Of a stretch of 64,000 nucleotides of DNA, positions 8,426 to 21,399 are shown in pieces. The notes beneath the pieces are model-generated. The model searched no databases, was not told where the DNA came from, and was given only the letters and a program-made list of their open reading frames with translations. Position 1 is the stretch's first letter, and the number at the start of each line of letters is the position of its first letter. The stretch covers positions 66,403 to 130,402 of the forward strand of contig DAORXN010000001.1 in NCBI GenBank assembly GCA_035358955.1. The letters are read 5' to 3'. The position numbers and the translations under genes are program-made. This DNA comes from Syntrophales bacterium. Its GTDB lineage: Bacteria > Desulfobacterota > Syntrophia > Syntrophales > UBA8958.

Positions 8426-9163
8426 ATGAATCCGCTTATCAGCATGGCCATTGGCCTGGGCATTCTATCCGTGGTTTCGGGGATGTTGGGATTAGGGGTG
8501 GCCTTTTCTGCCATCCCTTTTCTCGCCTTCTTTTTGCCCGACCTCATCCACCAGGTGCAACCCCTCTCCTTGCTTCTGAACGGCGTCACCGCCCTTTTTG
8601 CCGTCTTCGGCTTTGCCAAAAGCGGCCTGGTCGACTGGAAGAAAGCCCTATCCTTAGCCGTTATCACCACCGTAAGTGCCCCTCTGGGCGCCTGGATTGT
8701 CCAGTACACACCGGTCATGATCGTTTGGATCGCCTACCTCGCTTCTGTCTTTTACTTGGCCTATCGTCTCTTCAGACCCGTTAAAGAGCGCCCAGGGGAA
8801 GAGAATTTTCGGCTGGCCCTGATCCTCGCCGTTCCCATCTCCATTCTGAGCGGGCTCTTAGGTATCGGACCGGGGTTCCTGCTCATGCCCACCTTGATTA
8901 TCGTTGGCTTCCCAGCTAAAAAGGCGGCCGGCATAAACGCCTTGGCCGTCATGCCCCCTTCCTTCTCGGCCCTTATTCCCCATCTGGGAAAGGCGCACTG
9001 GGACCTTTCTCTTACCGTTACCCTCCTCCTTATCGGCGCCGCCGGTTCTTACGTAGGGGCACGCCTTACGAGCCTGTACATCCCCGGCGAAAGATTGAAA
9101 CAGGGCTTTGGAATTCTCATCGTCATCATGACCCTCTATAAGATTTTTACCCTGATATCGTGA
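8426..9163 (+). CDS. TauE/SafE family (DUF81) anion exporter membrane protein
   Basis: 245 aa, about 7-8 TM segments, glycine-rich repeats (LLGIGPGFLLMP) typical of the TauE/SafE family. It starts 3 nt after the previous stop. Confidence 0.8.
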   Translation: MNPLISMAIGLGILSVVSGMLGLGVAFSAIPFLAFFLPDLIHQVQPLSLLLNGVTALFAVFGFAKSGLVDWKKALSLAVITTVSAPLGAWIVQYTPVMIVWIAYLASVFYLAYRLFRPVKERPGEENFRLALILAVPISILSGLLGIGPGFLLMPTLIIVGFPAKKAAGINALAVMPPSFSALIPHLGKAHWDLSLTVTLLLIGAAGSYVGARLTSLYIPGERLKQGFGILIVIMTLYKIFTLIS

Positions 9164-9182
9164 AGGCCTCTCGATAAGAAAA

Positions 9183-9752
9183 ATGGCGAAGAAAAAATTC
9201 GACCCGCGAAAGCTCATGAAGCTAAACGACCCGGAGCGACTCAAGGACATCCCCCCGGAGTACATCTGGCGATGTCTCGACTTGACCTCCAGCCCGGAGA
9301 TTGTCATCGATGTCGGGGCGGGGACCGGTCTCTTCACCGTTAAGTTCTGTCAGCTGGCCCCCCAAGCCACCTTCTTTGCCTGTGATATTGCCCCCGAGAT
9401 GATCTCCTGGATGAAGGAGAAGGTCTCCCCTCTTTATCCGCAGATTTCCCCCCTGCTGATGGAGGAATGCTCCATACCCCTCCCCGAGCAAGTAGGCGAT
9501 CTCGTCTACATGATAAACCTCCATCACGAGCTGGAACAACCCATCGATCTGCTCAAGGAATGCCGCCGCCTTCTCCGTCCGCGAGGGAGATTATTCATCG
9601 TGGACTGGAAACCGGTGAAAACGGAGCATGGTCCACCGCTTCCTCTGCGCGTCCCTCCGGAAGAAGTCAAACAGCAATTGCGAGAGGCGGGGTTTTCCTT
9701 TCTTTCCCAGCATGATGATATGAAAAGCCACTACCTCATCATCGCCCGGTAG
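9183..9752 (+). CDS. class I SAM-dependent methyltransferase (small, 189 aa)
   Basis: Motif I VIDVGAGTGLFT, an acidic post-I residue (FACDIAPEM), and LLRPRGRLFIVDW. Confidence 0.8.
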   Translation: MAKKKFDPRKLMKLNDPERLKDIPPEYIWRCLDLTSSPEIVIDVGAGTGLFTVKFCQLAPQATFFACDIAPEMISWMKEKVSPLYPQISPLLMEECSIPLPEQVGDLVYMINLHHELEQPIDLLKECRRLLRPRGRLFIVDWKPVKTEHGPPLPLRVPPEEVKQQLREAGFSFLSQHDDMKSHYLIIAR

Positions 9753-9756
9753 GACT

Positions 9757-10953
9757 TCAATGCCCGGAGCCGACCAGGTACCGGACCGCCTTTTCCAAAC
9801 CATCCAGGGAAAGCTCGAACATGGGAAATATCTTGCGAATGACGCCGATGGTCCAGGTATAATCCCAGAATTTTTCTTCCACCGGATTCAGCCATACGGC
9901 ATGGCGAAAGAGGCGGGCGAGGAACTTCAACCGTTCCACACTGGGGATGCCTGGCTTAGAATCGACGTAGATGGCACCGTTTACGTGCATAAGCTCATAA
10001 GGGGCCATGCTCGCGTCGCCCACGATGATGAGCCTCGTTTCCGGGTCATAGCGGACAAAATCTCCTATCTCCTCCGGCTTGTAGTGCCTCTGGGGATCGG
10101 CCCAAACGCGGCTGTAAATGGTATTGTGAAAGTAAAAGATCTTGAGGTCCTTAAACTGGCTTGCGGCATAGCGAAAAAGGGTTTGCACTACTTCTACATA
10201 CGGGTCCATGGACCATCCGCCGTTGTCGATCATGAGAATGACCTTGAGGCGATCCGCGAGGCGCCGATCAAAGACGATCTCGATTTCCCCCGCATTCCTC
10301 ATGGTTTCATAAATGGTGCGATCGACGTTAACTACATCCTTGGGACCCGTGGGGGTTAAGTGTTTTAGCCTCTTTAAGGCCTCGGCCATCTGAGCGGAAG
10401 TAAGGGGCCCATCCAGGGAATACTCCTTATAGCGCCTCTCCAGGGCCACCTTAATGGCCGATTTCTGCCGGGATACCCCCCCTACCCTCATGCCCCCCGG
10501 GTGATATCCGGAATGGCCCGTGGGAGACGTGCCGCCTGTTCCGATCCATCTGTTTCCACCGTGATGGGCCTCCGTCTGTTCCTTCAAGCGGTCGAGAAAG
10601 TATTGCAGAAGCTCTTCGGGGGTCAAACGCCTTATCTCTTCTTCAGAAAGACCCAACTCCCGGGCAAGTTCCGCCGGGTCCTTCAACCATTCTCGAAGGA
10701 GCTCTTTAACCATTTCCGTAAGTTCCACGGCGGACAGGGCTTCAAAGGATACCCCTCTGAAATGCTGGGCGAAGACTTGATCGTAAAGGTCGAAGTATCG
10801 CTCGCTCTTCACCAGGATGGCCCGGGCTATGGTATAGAAATCCTCAAGGGACTTAATGAGCCCGAGATTCAGGGCCTTTTGCAGGCGGAGGAAAGCCGTG
10901 GGCGTGACGGGGACACCCTGGTTTCTCAAGGCATAAAAGAAATCAACGAACAT
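9757..10953 (-). CDS. VWA domain protein, CoxE-like
   Basis: 398 aa. The N-terminal FVDFFYALRNQGVPVTPTAFLRLQKAL and the C-terminal VWA-like region (LKVILMIDNGGWSMDPY, IIVGDASMAP) match the CoxE-type VWA architecture. It lies immediately downstream of a MoxR-type ATPase. Confidence 0.75.
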   Translation of the reverse strand: MFVDFFYALRNQGVPVTPTAFLRLQKALNLGLIKSLEDFYTIARAILVKSERYFDLYDQVFAQHFRGVSFEALSAVELTEMVKELLREWLKDPAELARELGLSEEEIRRLTPEELLQYFLDRLKEQTEAHHGGNRWIGTGGTSPTGHSGYHPGGMRVGGVSRQKSAIKVALERRYKEYSLDGPLTSAQMAEALKRLKHLTPTGPKDVVNVDRTIYETMRNAGEIEIVFDRRLADRLKVILMIDNGGWSMDPYVEVVQTLFRYAASQFKDLKIFYFHNTIYSRVWADPQRHYKPEEIGDFVRYDPETRLIIVGDASMAPYELMHVNGAIYVDSKPGIPSVERLKFLARLFRHAVWLNPVEEKFWDYTWTIGVIRKIFPMFELSLDGLEKAVRYLVGSGH

Positions 10954-10959
10954 AAATTC

Positions 10960-11808
10960 CTATCTCCTCGCGCCCGCGTATTGCATGGCCAGGTGAAGAT
11001 CGGCGCTCTTTTTGAACAGGACACCGAGAAAGGGGATGCGTCCCTGTTCCAGGAGGCGGGGGTTAAAGTCCGGATCGGCCTTGAGCGCTCGGATCCAGTT
11101 GATCAGCTCTCTCGTGGCCGGCTTCTTTTCAATCCCCCTAATTTCCCGAAGTCGGTAGAACTGGGAAATGCAAAGCTGGGCGAGGTTATCCTCCAAATCG
11201 GGAAAATGGACGTGTACGATGCGTCTCATCATGTCCGGATCAGGGAAGGCGATGTGATGGAAATTGCAGCGTCCCAAGAACGGATCGGAGAGGTCTTTTT
11301 TGGCGTTGGACGTGATAATAACGATAGGGCGATGCTTGGCCTTGATCGTCTTATCTATCTCGATGATGTCAAATTGCATCTGATCCAGGACATCGAGCAT
11401 ATCGTCTTGGAAATCTGTATCGGCCTTGTCGATTTCATCGATCAAAAGGACGGTCTTCCTCTCCGCCGTAAAGGCCTGACCTATCTTGCCCATCCTGATG
11501 TAGTCCTCAATGCGGCTTACATCTCGCTTGGAATCCCCAAAGCGACTATCGTTCAAACGCGTCAAGGTATCGTACTGATAGAGGGCATCGATGAGCTTCA
11601 TGCTGGACTTCACATTGAGCACGATGAGGGGCAGATGCAGGCTTTCTGCTATGGCATGGGCCAGCATGGTCTTCCCCGTCCCCGGTTCTCCCTTGAGCAG
11701 CAAAGGCATCTCCAGGGCAATGGATACATTCACTATCTTCGCCAATTCCTCGTCCAGAACGTACTTCGATGCGCCGGTGAACCATTTCAAATTACCTTCT
11801 TTCGTCAT
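10960..11808 (-). CDS. MoxR/CoxD-like AAA+ ATPase
   Basis: Walker A LLKGEPGTGKT, Walker B VLLIDEIDKA, and a sensor region ITSNAKKDL. The 282 aa length is consistent. Confidence 0.85.
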   Translation of the reverse strand: MTKEGNLKWFTGASKYVLDEELAKIVNVSIALEMPLLLKGEPGTGKTMLAHAIAESLHLPLIVLNVKSSMKLIDALYQYDTLTRLNDSRFGDSKRDVSRIEDYIRMGKIGQAFTAERKTVLLIDEIDKADTDFQDDMLDVLDQMQFDIIEIDKTIKAKHRPIVIITSNAKKDLSDPFLGRCNFHHIAFPDPDMMRRIVHVHFPDLEDNLAQLCISQFYRLREIRGIEKKPATRELINWIRALKADPDFNPRLLEQGRIPFLGVLFKKSADLHLAMQYAGARR

Positions 11809-11891
11809 TGCTCACTCCTTAGACTGAAAAATTAAACTTCCCGTTTGCGGCTTTTAAACCAATCGGGGGAAAATTGCCACCCCTCAAACTT

Positions 11892-12764
11892 TCAATAGCG
11901 GTTGAGGGGAATGGAGGGGTCTTTCCAATCTGCCTTTCCCTCCTCGTCGAGGAGGCGCGGCAAATCGTTACTGGCAGCCATCCGCCAGCGAGGCGGCCTC
12001 TTTTCCAAAAAGGCGGCCACCCCCTCCTTGGCATCCGGCGTGCGGCATATCCACTCAAAAAGCGGCATCTCCCGGCGAAACATCTGAAAGACAGAGGAGT
12101 TTAAACCCTCCCAGAGGAGCCTTTTGGAAATGGCCACGGCCACGGGCGCGGCCAGAAGAAACTCCTTGGCCCGCTCTATGGTGGCTTTAAGCACCTCTTC
12201 GGCCGGCAGGGCACAGGAGGCGAGCCCCATATCCGCCATCTCCTGCCCCGTAATCATGCGGCCCGTAAGCAGCAAATCGGCCGCCTTAGAAAGGCCCACC
12301 GCCCTCGCTACCGTCACGTGGGAGGCGAGTTCCGGAATGATACCTCGTCGGACAAAGGCAAACTGGATCTTGGCGGCCCGGGCGACCAACCTTATATCAC
12401 AGCTCATGGCATAGGTAATCCCGACCCCGATGGCATGTCCGTTGATGGCGGCAAGTACCGGCTTGCGTAGCTGCCAGGGCATGACGGAGGGAAAGGTTAC
12501 ATCCCCCGTCTGCTGGGGGTCTTTATCCTCCCCCTCAACGAAGGCCTCCGCCCCGCCGCTCAAATCCGAGCCCGCACAGAAGGCCTTCCCTTTCCCCGTT
12601 ATGACGATGGCCCGCACCGTATCATCTCGGTCGAGCTCTCGCATGGCCTGGCTTACCTCGCGGTCCATCCTCCTGTTCCAGGCATTCATCACTTCCGGCC
12701 GATTGAGATAAATGACGGCGATACCGTCGATCACCTCGATGAGTATCGTCTTATAGTCCATCAT
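11892..12764 (-). CDS. enoyl-CoA hydratase/isomerase (crotonase) family protein
   Basis: NRPEVMNAW, ITGKGKAFCAGSDL, and LAAINGHAIGVGITYAMSCDIRL form the crotonase oxyanion-hole signature. Confidence 0.85.
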   Translation of the reverse strand: MMDYKTILIEVIDGIAVIYLNRPEVMNAWNRRMDREVSQAMRELDRDDTVRAIVITGKGKAFCAGSDLSGGAEAFVEGEDKDPQQTGDVTFPSVMPWQLRKPVLAAINGHAIGVGITYAMSCDIRLVARAAKIQFAFVRRGIIPELASHVTVARAVGLSKAADLLLTGRMITGQEMADMGLASCALPAEEVLKATIERAKEFLLAAPVAVAISKRLLWEGLNSSVFQMFRREMPLFEWICRTPDAKEGVAAFLEKRPPRWRMAASNDLPRLLDEEGKADWKDPSIPLNRY

Positions 12765-12797
12765 CTCCTTAACCTCCTCTTAGCACCTGCTTTTCTC

Positions 12798-12825
12798 TTG
12801 CCTTTTTCCGGGAGAAAAGTAAAAT
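12798..12825 (+). promoter_or_regulatory. putative sigma70 promoter of the bacterioferritin gene
   Basis: TTGCCT (12798-12803), a 16 nt spacer, then TAAAAT (12820-12825). AATGATATC immediately after the -10 box weakly resembles half of a Fur box. Confidence 0.3.
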
Positions 12826-12857
12826 GATATCTAAACAGGGTAGGGAGGTGACGTTCG

Positions 12858-13397
12858 ATGCAGAAAAATCCGAGGGAAACGAAGAAAAAGAAGGTAATTG
12901 AGGTTTTGAACCGGGCGCGGGCGATGGAGCTCATGGCCATCCACCAGTATATGAACCAACACTACAATCTGGACGATATGGATTACGGGGAACTGGCAGC
13001 CAAGGTGAAACTCATTGCCATCGACGAGATGCGTCACGCCGAAATGTTCGCCGAGAGGATCAAAGAACTGGGTGGCGAACCGACGGTGGAACCGGAAGGA
13101 AAAATAGAGAAAGGGCAAAAGGTGGAGGCCATTTTCCCCTTCAACGCGAAGCTTGAAGACGATACCATCGACTATTACAATCAATTCATAGACATCTGCC
13201 GGGAAAACGGGGATGCCATCAGCATGAAGCTATTCGAAGCCATCGTGGATGAAGAACAGATGCACTTCAACTATTTTGACAACGTCAGCGATCATATAAA
13301 AACCCTGGGGGCGGCCTATCTGTCTCAGATCGCAGGCACTCCCGCCGATGTGGGCCCCCCTTCCAAGGGCTTCGTCGCGGGGCAGGCTACTAAGTAA
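12858..13397 (+). CDS. bfr: bacterioferritin-like ferritin superfamily protein
   Basis: LNRARAMELMAIHQYMNQ, IDEMRHAEMFAERI and VDEEQMHFNYF match the Bfr di-iron ligand pattern (E..H twice). The Met in IDEM sits at the position of the heme ligand. Confidence 0.8.
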   Translation: MQKNPRETKKKKVIEVLNRARAMELMAIHQYMNQHYNLDDMDYGELAAKVKLIAIDEMRHAEMFAERIKELGGEPTVEPEGKIEKGQKVEAIFPFNAKLEDDTIDYYNQFIDICRENGDAISMKLFEAIVDEEQMHFNYFDNVSDHIKTLGAAYLSQIAGTPADVGPPSKGFVAGQATK

Positions 13398-13399
13398 GC

Positions 13400-14836
13400 T
13401 CACCCTTTGATACAGCCGATTGTACGCAGGCGGGCCACCTTGCCGGCCAGGCCCGCCTGATGTACCACTTCCACCACTTCGGACACCCTCTTGTAGGCCT
13501 CCGGTATCTCTTCGTGGAGGGTTTCCTTACCCCCCGCCATGACGATGACGCCACGACCGGCCATTTCCCTAACAATAGGACGGTTTTTGCTCGCCTTGAT
13601 GGCTTGACTTCTGCTCATCACCCGTCCTGCGCCGTGACAGGCGCTCCCAAAGGTCTCCTTTAGGGCCCCTTCCTTCCCCACCAGCACATAGGCCCCACTG
13701 GCCATATCTCCGGGAATAAGGACCGGTTGGCCTACCTCCCGGTATCTTTGGGGTACGGCGGGGTGGCCAGGCGGCAGGGCGCGGGTGGCTCCCTTGCGAT
13801 GGACACAGAGCTCCACCTCTTGCCCTTCCACCACGAATTTTTCCTTTTTGGCAATGTTGTGGCACACATCGTAAAGAAGCCTCATCCCCAGGTCTCGGGG
13901 GGAAAGGTGCAATACCTTTTCGAAGGTCTCCCTCGTCCAGTGGGTAAGCATCTGCCTATTCGCCCAGGCGTAATTGGCCGCGCAGGCCATGGCCGAGAAA
14001 TACTCTCGACCCAACGGAGAAGAAAGATAGGCACAGGCAAGCTGCCTGTCGGGCAGGGAAAAATCGAGATTCTTCAAGTCTTTCATCATCCGGGCCAGGT
14101 AGTCATCGCAGATTTGGTAGCCCAGCCCCCTAGAACCGCTGTGAATCATGACCGCCACCTGCCCTAACTTAAGTCCCAAGGCCTGGGCGGCCAGGTCATC
14201 GAAAATCTCCTCCACCACCTCGATCTCTAAAAAGTGGTTGCCCGAGCCCAACGTGCCTAACTGATCCCTCCCCCTTTCCAGGGCCCGCTCGCTTACCACT
14301 TCCGGATCGGCGCCTGCCATGACCCCGCCGTCTTCCGTGGTCTCCAGATCTTCCAGAGAACCGTATCCGTTGCGTACCGCCCAGAGTGCTCCCTCCTGCA
14401 AGACCTTTTTCTCTTCCTGCACGGAGAGCTTGATGGGGCCCGTCGAGCCCACTCCAGAAGGAATGGCCCGGAAGAGGGCGTTCATGAGCTCAACCAGACG
14501 ATCTTTTACCGTTTCATACGTAAGCTTCGTGACAAGAAGCCGGCACCCGCAGTTAATATCGTACCCCACGCCGCCCGGAGAGATGACCCCCTCTTCCATA
14601 GAAAAGGCCGCCACCCCACCGATAGGAAAGCCATACCCCCAGTGACAATCGGGCATCGCGAGGGATACCCTAACGATACCCGGAAGATGGGCGACGTTCG
14701 CCACCTGTTTGAAGCTCTCGTCTTTCCCCATGGCCGCCAGCAAGGCTTCCGATGTGTATATGAGGCCGGGCACCCTCATGCCACCCGTCTGCGGCACTTC
14801 CCAGCGATAGTCGTCAATCTTCTTTAGCATACTCAT
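13400..14836 (-). CDS. rtcB: RNA-splicing ligase RtcB (long, archaeal/eukaryal-type, 478 aa)
   Basis: PDCHWGYGFPIGGV, GGVGYDINCGCRL, GTLGSGNHFLE, HSGSRGLG and CHGAGR are all hallmark RtcB metal and GMP-His motifs. Confidence 0.95.
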   Translation of the reverse strand: MSMLKKIDDYRWEVPQTGGMRVPGLIYTSEALLAAMGKDESFKQVANVAHLPGIVRVSLAMPDCHWGYGFPIGGVAAFSMEEGVISPGGVGYDINCGCRLLVTKLTYETVKDRLVELMNALFRAIPSGVGSTGPIKLSVQEEKKVLQEGALWAVRNGYGSLEDLETTEDGGVMAGADPEVVSERALERGRDQLGTLGSGNHFLEIEVVEEIFDDLAAQALGLKLGQVAVMIHSGSRGLGYQICDDYLARMMKDLKNLDFSLPDRQLACAYLSSPLGREYFSAMACAANYAWANRQMLTHWTRETFEKVLHLSPRDLGMRLLYDVCHNIAKKEKFVVEGQEVELCVHRKGATRALPPGHPAVPQRYREVGQPVLIPGDMASGAYVLVGKEGALKETFGSACHGAGRVMSRSQAIKASKNRPIVREMAGRGVIVMAGGKETLHEEIPEAYKRVSEVVEVVHQAGLAGKVARLRTIGCIKG

Positions 14837-14839
14837 CTC

Positions 14840-15268
14840 CTAAATATCGCAAATGAAGCTACCTCGCCACCCCTGAGGCGTCTTGTCCACCTGGGCTCCG
14901 TGATAGGTCACGGCCTTAACTTCTCTTATCGGCCCGTGTCGTTCATAATCAAGGGGTTCCCCCTTCACGAGACAGGACACTTTCTTCGGGCCGAGCGAGG
15001 TGATCTTCACGCCGTGGCCGAGAAAACCCTCTCCGTTTATCAGGTAGAGAAGCTCCCGCAAGTACGAGACCCATAAATCGATCTCGTCCATCCCCGAAAC
15101 CTCTACCATCCGTTCTTTTCTTGCCTTTACCTTTTCCCGGGGTGCCACGAGAGAAAAAAGGGCGAGGGCCGCCTGTTCGTAAAGCTCCCGCCTTGTTTTA
15201 CCAAAGACTTCACAGCCCACATCGGCCGTATGGTCAAGATATCGGTAAAGGGGGCTCCTCTTCCTCAT
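14840..15268 (-). CDS. archease (RtcB activator)
   Basis: The N-terminal [11 protein letters not shown] motif, the 142 aa length, and the position immediately upstream of rtcB. It overlaps the gyrA 3' end by 35 nt. Confidence 0.85.
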   Translation of the reverse strand: MRKRSPLYRYLDHTADVGCEVFGKTRRELYEQAALALFSLVAPREKVKARKERMVEVSGMDEIDLWVSYLRELLYLINGEGFLGHGVKITSLGPKKVSCLVKGEPLDYERHGPIREVKAVTYHGAQVDKTPQGWRGSFICDI

Positions 15269-17693
15269 CCCCTTCCTTTTCCACCCGCGCCACCCCCACC
15301 AGCCGTTCCCCCTCTCCTATGTCAATGAGTTTTACCCCCTGGGTTCCACGATGGGTAACGGGAATCTCGCTCACCGAGAGGCGGATGACGTTCCCGCTGT
15401 CACTGATGAGGATCACGTCTTCCTCTCCCGTTACCTGGCAGATACCGGAGACTAATCCCACGCGGGTTGTGGTCTTTAAATTGATGATGCCTTTGCCGCC
15501 CCGACTCTGGCAGCGATACTCTTCGATCGGTGTGCGCTTACCGAAGCCCTTTTCCGTTACGGTGAGAATGGTGCCTTCCGGGGAGGGAATTTCTATCCCT
15601 ACAATACCGTCTCCCGCTTCCAGGTTAATACCCCGCACCCCCCGCGCCGTGCGGCCCATATCCCTCACCTCCCTTTCCGGAAACCGGATGGCCTTGCCAA
15701 ACCGGGTGGCGAGGAAAATATCCCCCGTGCCATTCGTTTCCTGGACATCCACCAGTGTATCCCCTTCATCAATGGAAACGGCCATGATACCCGTGCTGCG
15801 GGGATTGGCATAGGCGGAAAGGGCCGTCTTCTTGATGATGCCATTTCTTGTCACCATAACGGCGTAGAGATCCGGAGAAAACTCCCGGACCGGCAAGATG
15901 GCGCGCATCTTCTCGCCGGCATGAAAGCTGATGAGATTGACCACGGCCTTGCCCCGGGCGGTTCTCGCGGCCTCCGGTATCTGATAGACCTTGAGCCAAT
16001 ACACCCGACCTCGATCAGTAAAAATCAGGAGATAATCATGGGTCGAGGCCACGAATACCTTTTCCACAAAATCCTCTTCCTTCGTGACCATCCCGAGCTT
16101 CCCCCGACCTCCCCGGCGCTGGCTGCGGTACACGCTAAGGGGGCTCCGTTTTATGTATCCGGCGTGAGACACGGTCACGACCATATCCTCTTCGGCAATG
16201 AGGTCCTCGATATCGATATCTTTCACCTCATCTATGATTTCCGTTCGCCGGTCATCCCCGTAGCGATCCCTTATCTCTTCCAGCTCTTTTACGATGACGT
16301 CCAGTATCAGTTGCGGGTCAGCCAAAATCGCTTCCAATCTCTCGATTTCAGCTTTTACCTCTTTGAACTCCTCTTCGATTTTGCCCCTTTCCAGCCCGGT
16401 CAAGCGTTGCAATCTCATATCGAGAATGGCTTTGGCCTGCATCTCCGTAAGGCCGAACTTAAAGGAAAGGGCGACGGATGCCTCCTGGGGATCTCGGGCC
16501 GCTTTTATCGTCGCGATGACTTCGTCAATCTGGCTTAGGGCGACAAGCAACCCCTCCAGGAGGTGGGCACGCTCTCTGGCCTCCTTAAGCTCGAAGCGGG
16601 TCCGACGGGTCACTACCACCTTGCGGAACTCCACGAAACTCGCAAGTAAATCCTTCAGATTGTAAATGCGTGGCTGGTTGTTTTCGATGGCCAGCATGAT
16701 GATGCCGAACGTGCTTTCCATCTGGGTATGCTTGTAAAGTTGATTCAAGACCACCTCGGCCGGCTCGTCCTTCTTGAGATCGATCACGACGCGAATACCC
16801 TCCCGGTCTGACTCATCCCTCAGATCGGCAATGCCTTCGATTCTCTTTTCCTTTACGAGCTCCGAGATCTTTTCGATCAAGTCCGCCTTGTTTACCTGGT
16901 AAGGTAACTCGGTAATGACGATGCTTTCCCGGTCCTTTTTCGGATTCTTTTCGATCGTGGCCCTGGCCCGCAGGCGGATGATACCCCTCCCCGTCTGATA
17001 GGCTTGAATGATGCCTTCCCGACCGTTGATGAAACCGGCCGTCGGGAAATCCGGGCCGGGGATGAAGGCCATGAGCTCTTCGATCGAGATCTCAGGGCTG
17101 CGAATCAAGGCTATGACCCCGGAAATGATTTCCCGCAGGTTGTGGGGTGGAATATTGGTAGCCACACCTACGGCAATGCCAGAGGCACCGTTTAGGAGCA
17201 AAAGGGGCAGTCGCGCGGGCAAAAGAGCGGGTTCCGTCAAGGATTCATCGTAATTGGGCACGAAATCAACCGTATCCTTCTCCAGGTCGGCGAGGAGCTC
17301 TTCCGCCAGGCGCGCCATCCTTATTTCCGTATATCTCATGGCGGCGGGGGGGTCTCCGTCGATGGAGCCGAAATTCCCCTGCCCATCTATTAACGGGTAG
17401 CGCATATTGAAGTCTTGTGCCATCCGGACGATGGTCTCGTACACCGCCGCATCGCCGTGGGGATGATACTTACCGATGATGTCACCCACGATGCGCGCCG
17501 ATTTCTTGTACGGCCTGTTCCACCGATTACCCATCTCCGCCATGGCATAGAGGACTCGCCGGTGCACGGGTTTGAGTCCGTCCCGCACATCGGGAATGGC
17601 CCGACCGATGATGACGCTCATGGCATAGTCCACGTAGGACTTCGTCATTTCATCTTCTATATTCACGGGTATTAAGGATTGCGGCTGATTCAT
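15234..17693 (-). CDS. gyrA: DNA gyrase subunit A
   Basis: [14 protein letters not shown], the [23 protein letters not shown], the catalytic AAMRYTE, and a C-terminal beta-pinwheel with an acidic tail. Confidence 0.98.
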   Translation of the reverse strand: MNQPQSLIPVNIEDEMTKSYVDYAMSVIIGRAIPDVRDGLKPVHRRVLYAMAEMGNRWNRPYKKSARIVGDIIGKYHPHGDAAVYETIVRMAQDFNMRYPLIDGQGNFGSIDGDPPAAMRYTEIRMARLAEELLADLEKDTVDFVPNYDESLTEPALLPARLPLLLLNGASGIAVGVATNIPPHNLREIISGVIALIRSPEISIEELMAFIPGPDFPTAGFINGREGIIQAYQTGRGIIRLRARATIEKNPKKDRESIVITELPYQVNKADLIEKISELVKEKRIEGIADLRDESDREGIRVVIDLKKDEPAEVVLNQLYKHTQMESTFGIIMLAIENNQPRIYNLKDLLASFVEFRKVVVTRRTRFELKEARERAHLLEGLLVALSQIDEVIATIKAARDPQEASVALSFKFGLTEMQAKAILDMRLQRLTGLERGKIEEEFKEVKAEIERLEAILADPQLILDVIVKELEEIRDRYGDDRRTEIIDEVKDIDIEDLIAEEDMVVTVSHAGYIKRSPLSVYRSQRRGGRGKLGMVTKEEDFVEKVFVASTHDYLLIFTDRGRVYWLKVYQIPEAARTARGKAVVNLISFHAGEKMRAILPVREFSPDLYAVMVTRNGIIKKTALSAYANPRSTGIMAVSIDEGDTLVDVQETNGTGDIFLATRFGKAIRFPEREVRDMGRTARGVRGINLEAGDGIVGIEIPSPEGTILTVTEKGFGKRTPIEEYRCQSRGGKGIINLKTTTRVGLVSGICQVTGEEDVILISDSGNVIRLSVSEIPVTHRGTQGVKLIDIGEGERLVGVARVEKEGDEEEEPPLPIS

Positions 17694-17710
17694 GTGATTC
17701 TATCTCCTTT

Positions 17711-21251
<3,541 letters not shown>

Positions 21252-21399
21252 CTCTCTCCCTCCTTCCCTAATTGCGATTTAAGTTAAATAATTAGCAGTA
21301 AGAATAGTTCCTGTTAATCGTCGATTCATTTTTCGTAACCAATTTTTTCCTTAACCTTTTTTTCTATTTTGGCCTGTGGATAAACTATTTATGGCTTGT
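21252..21399. other. candidate oriC / DnaA-box plus AT-rich region in the dnaA-dnaN intergenic spacer
   Basis: The 148 bp spacer is strongly AT-rich over about 21270-21370. It holds one perfect DnaA box, TGTGGATAA (the reverse complement of TTATCCACA), at 21375-21383. Confidence 0.4.
21375..21383 (-). promoter_or_regulatory. perfect consensus DnaA box (TTATCCACA)
   Basis: The plus strand reads TGTGGATAA, an exact 9/9 match to the consensus on the minus strand. Confidence 0.6.

Noticed and set aside
10501-11835. A 444-aa plus-strand ORF, the longest unexplained ORF in the window
   Set aside because: It is entirely antisense to the MoxR ATPase and VWA genes, which have clear Walker and VWA motifs. 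Its translation has no recognisable motifs, so it looks like a stop-free shadow ORF in the antisense frame of real genes.
13320-13397. The Bfr C-terminal extension (…AGTPADVGPPSKGFVAGQATK) as a possible encapsulin cargo-loading peptide
   Set aside because: It does not resemble the GSLxIGSL-type targeting consensus, and no encapsulin shell gene is adjacent.
15121-15813. A 230-aa plus-strand ORF across the archease/gyrA junction
   Set aside because: It is antisense to two confidently identified genes and has a Pro/Ser/Arg-rich shadow composition.
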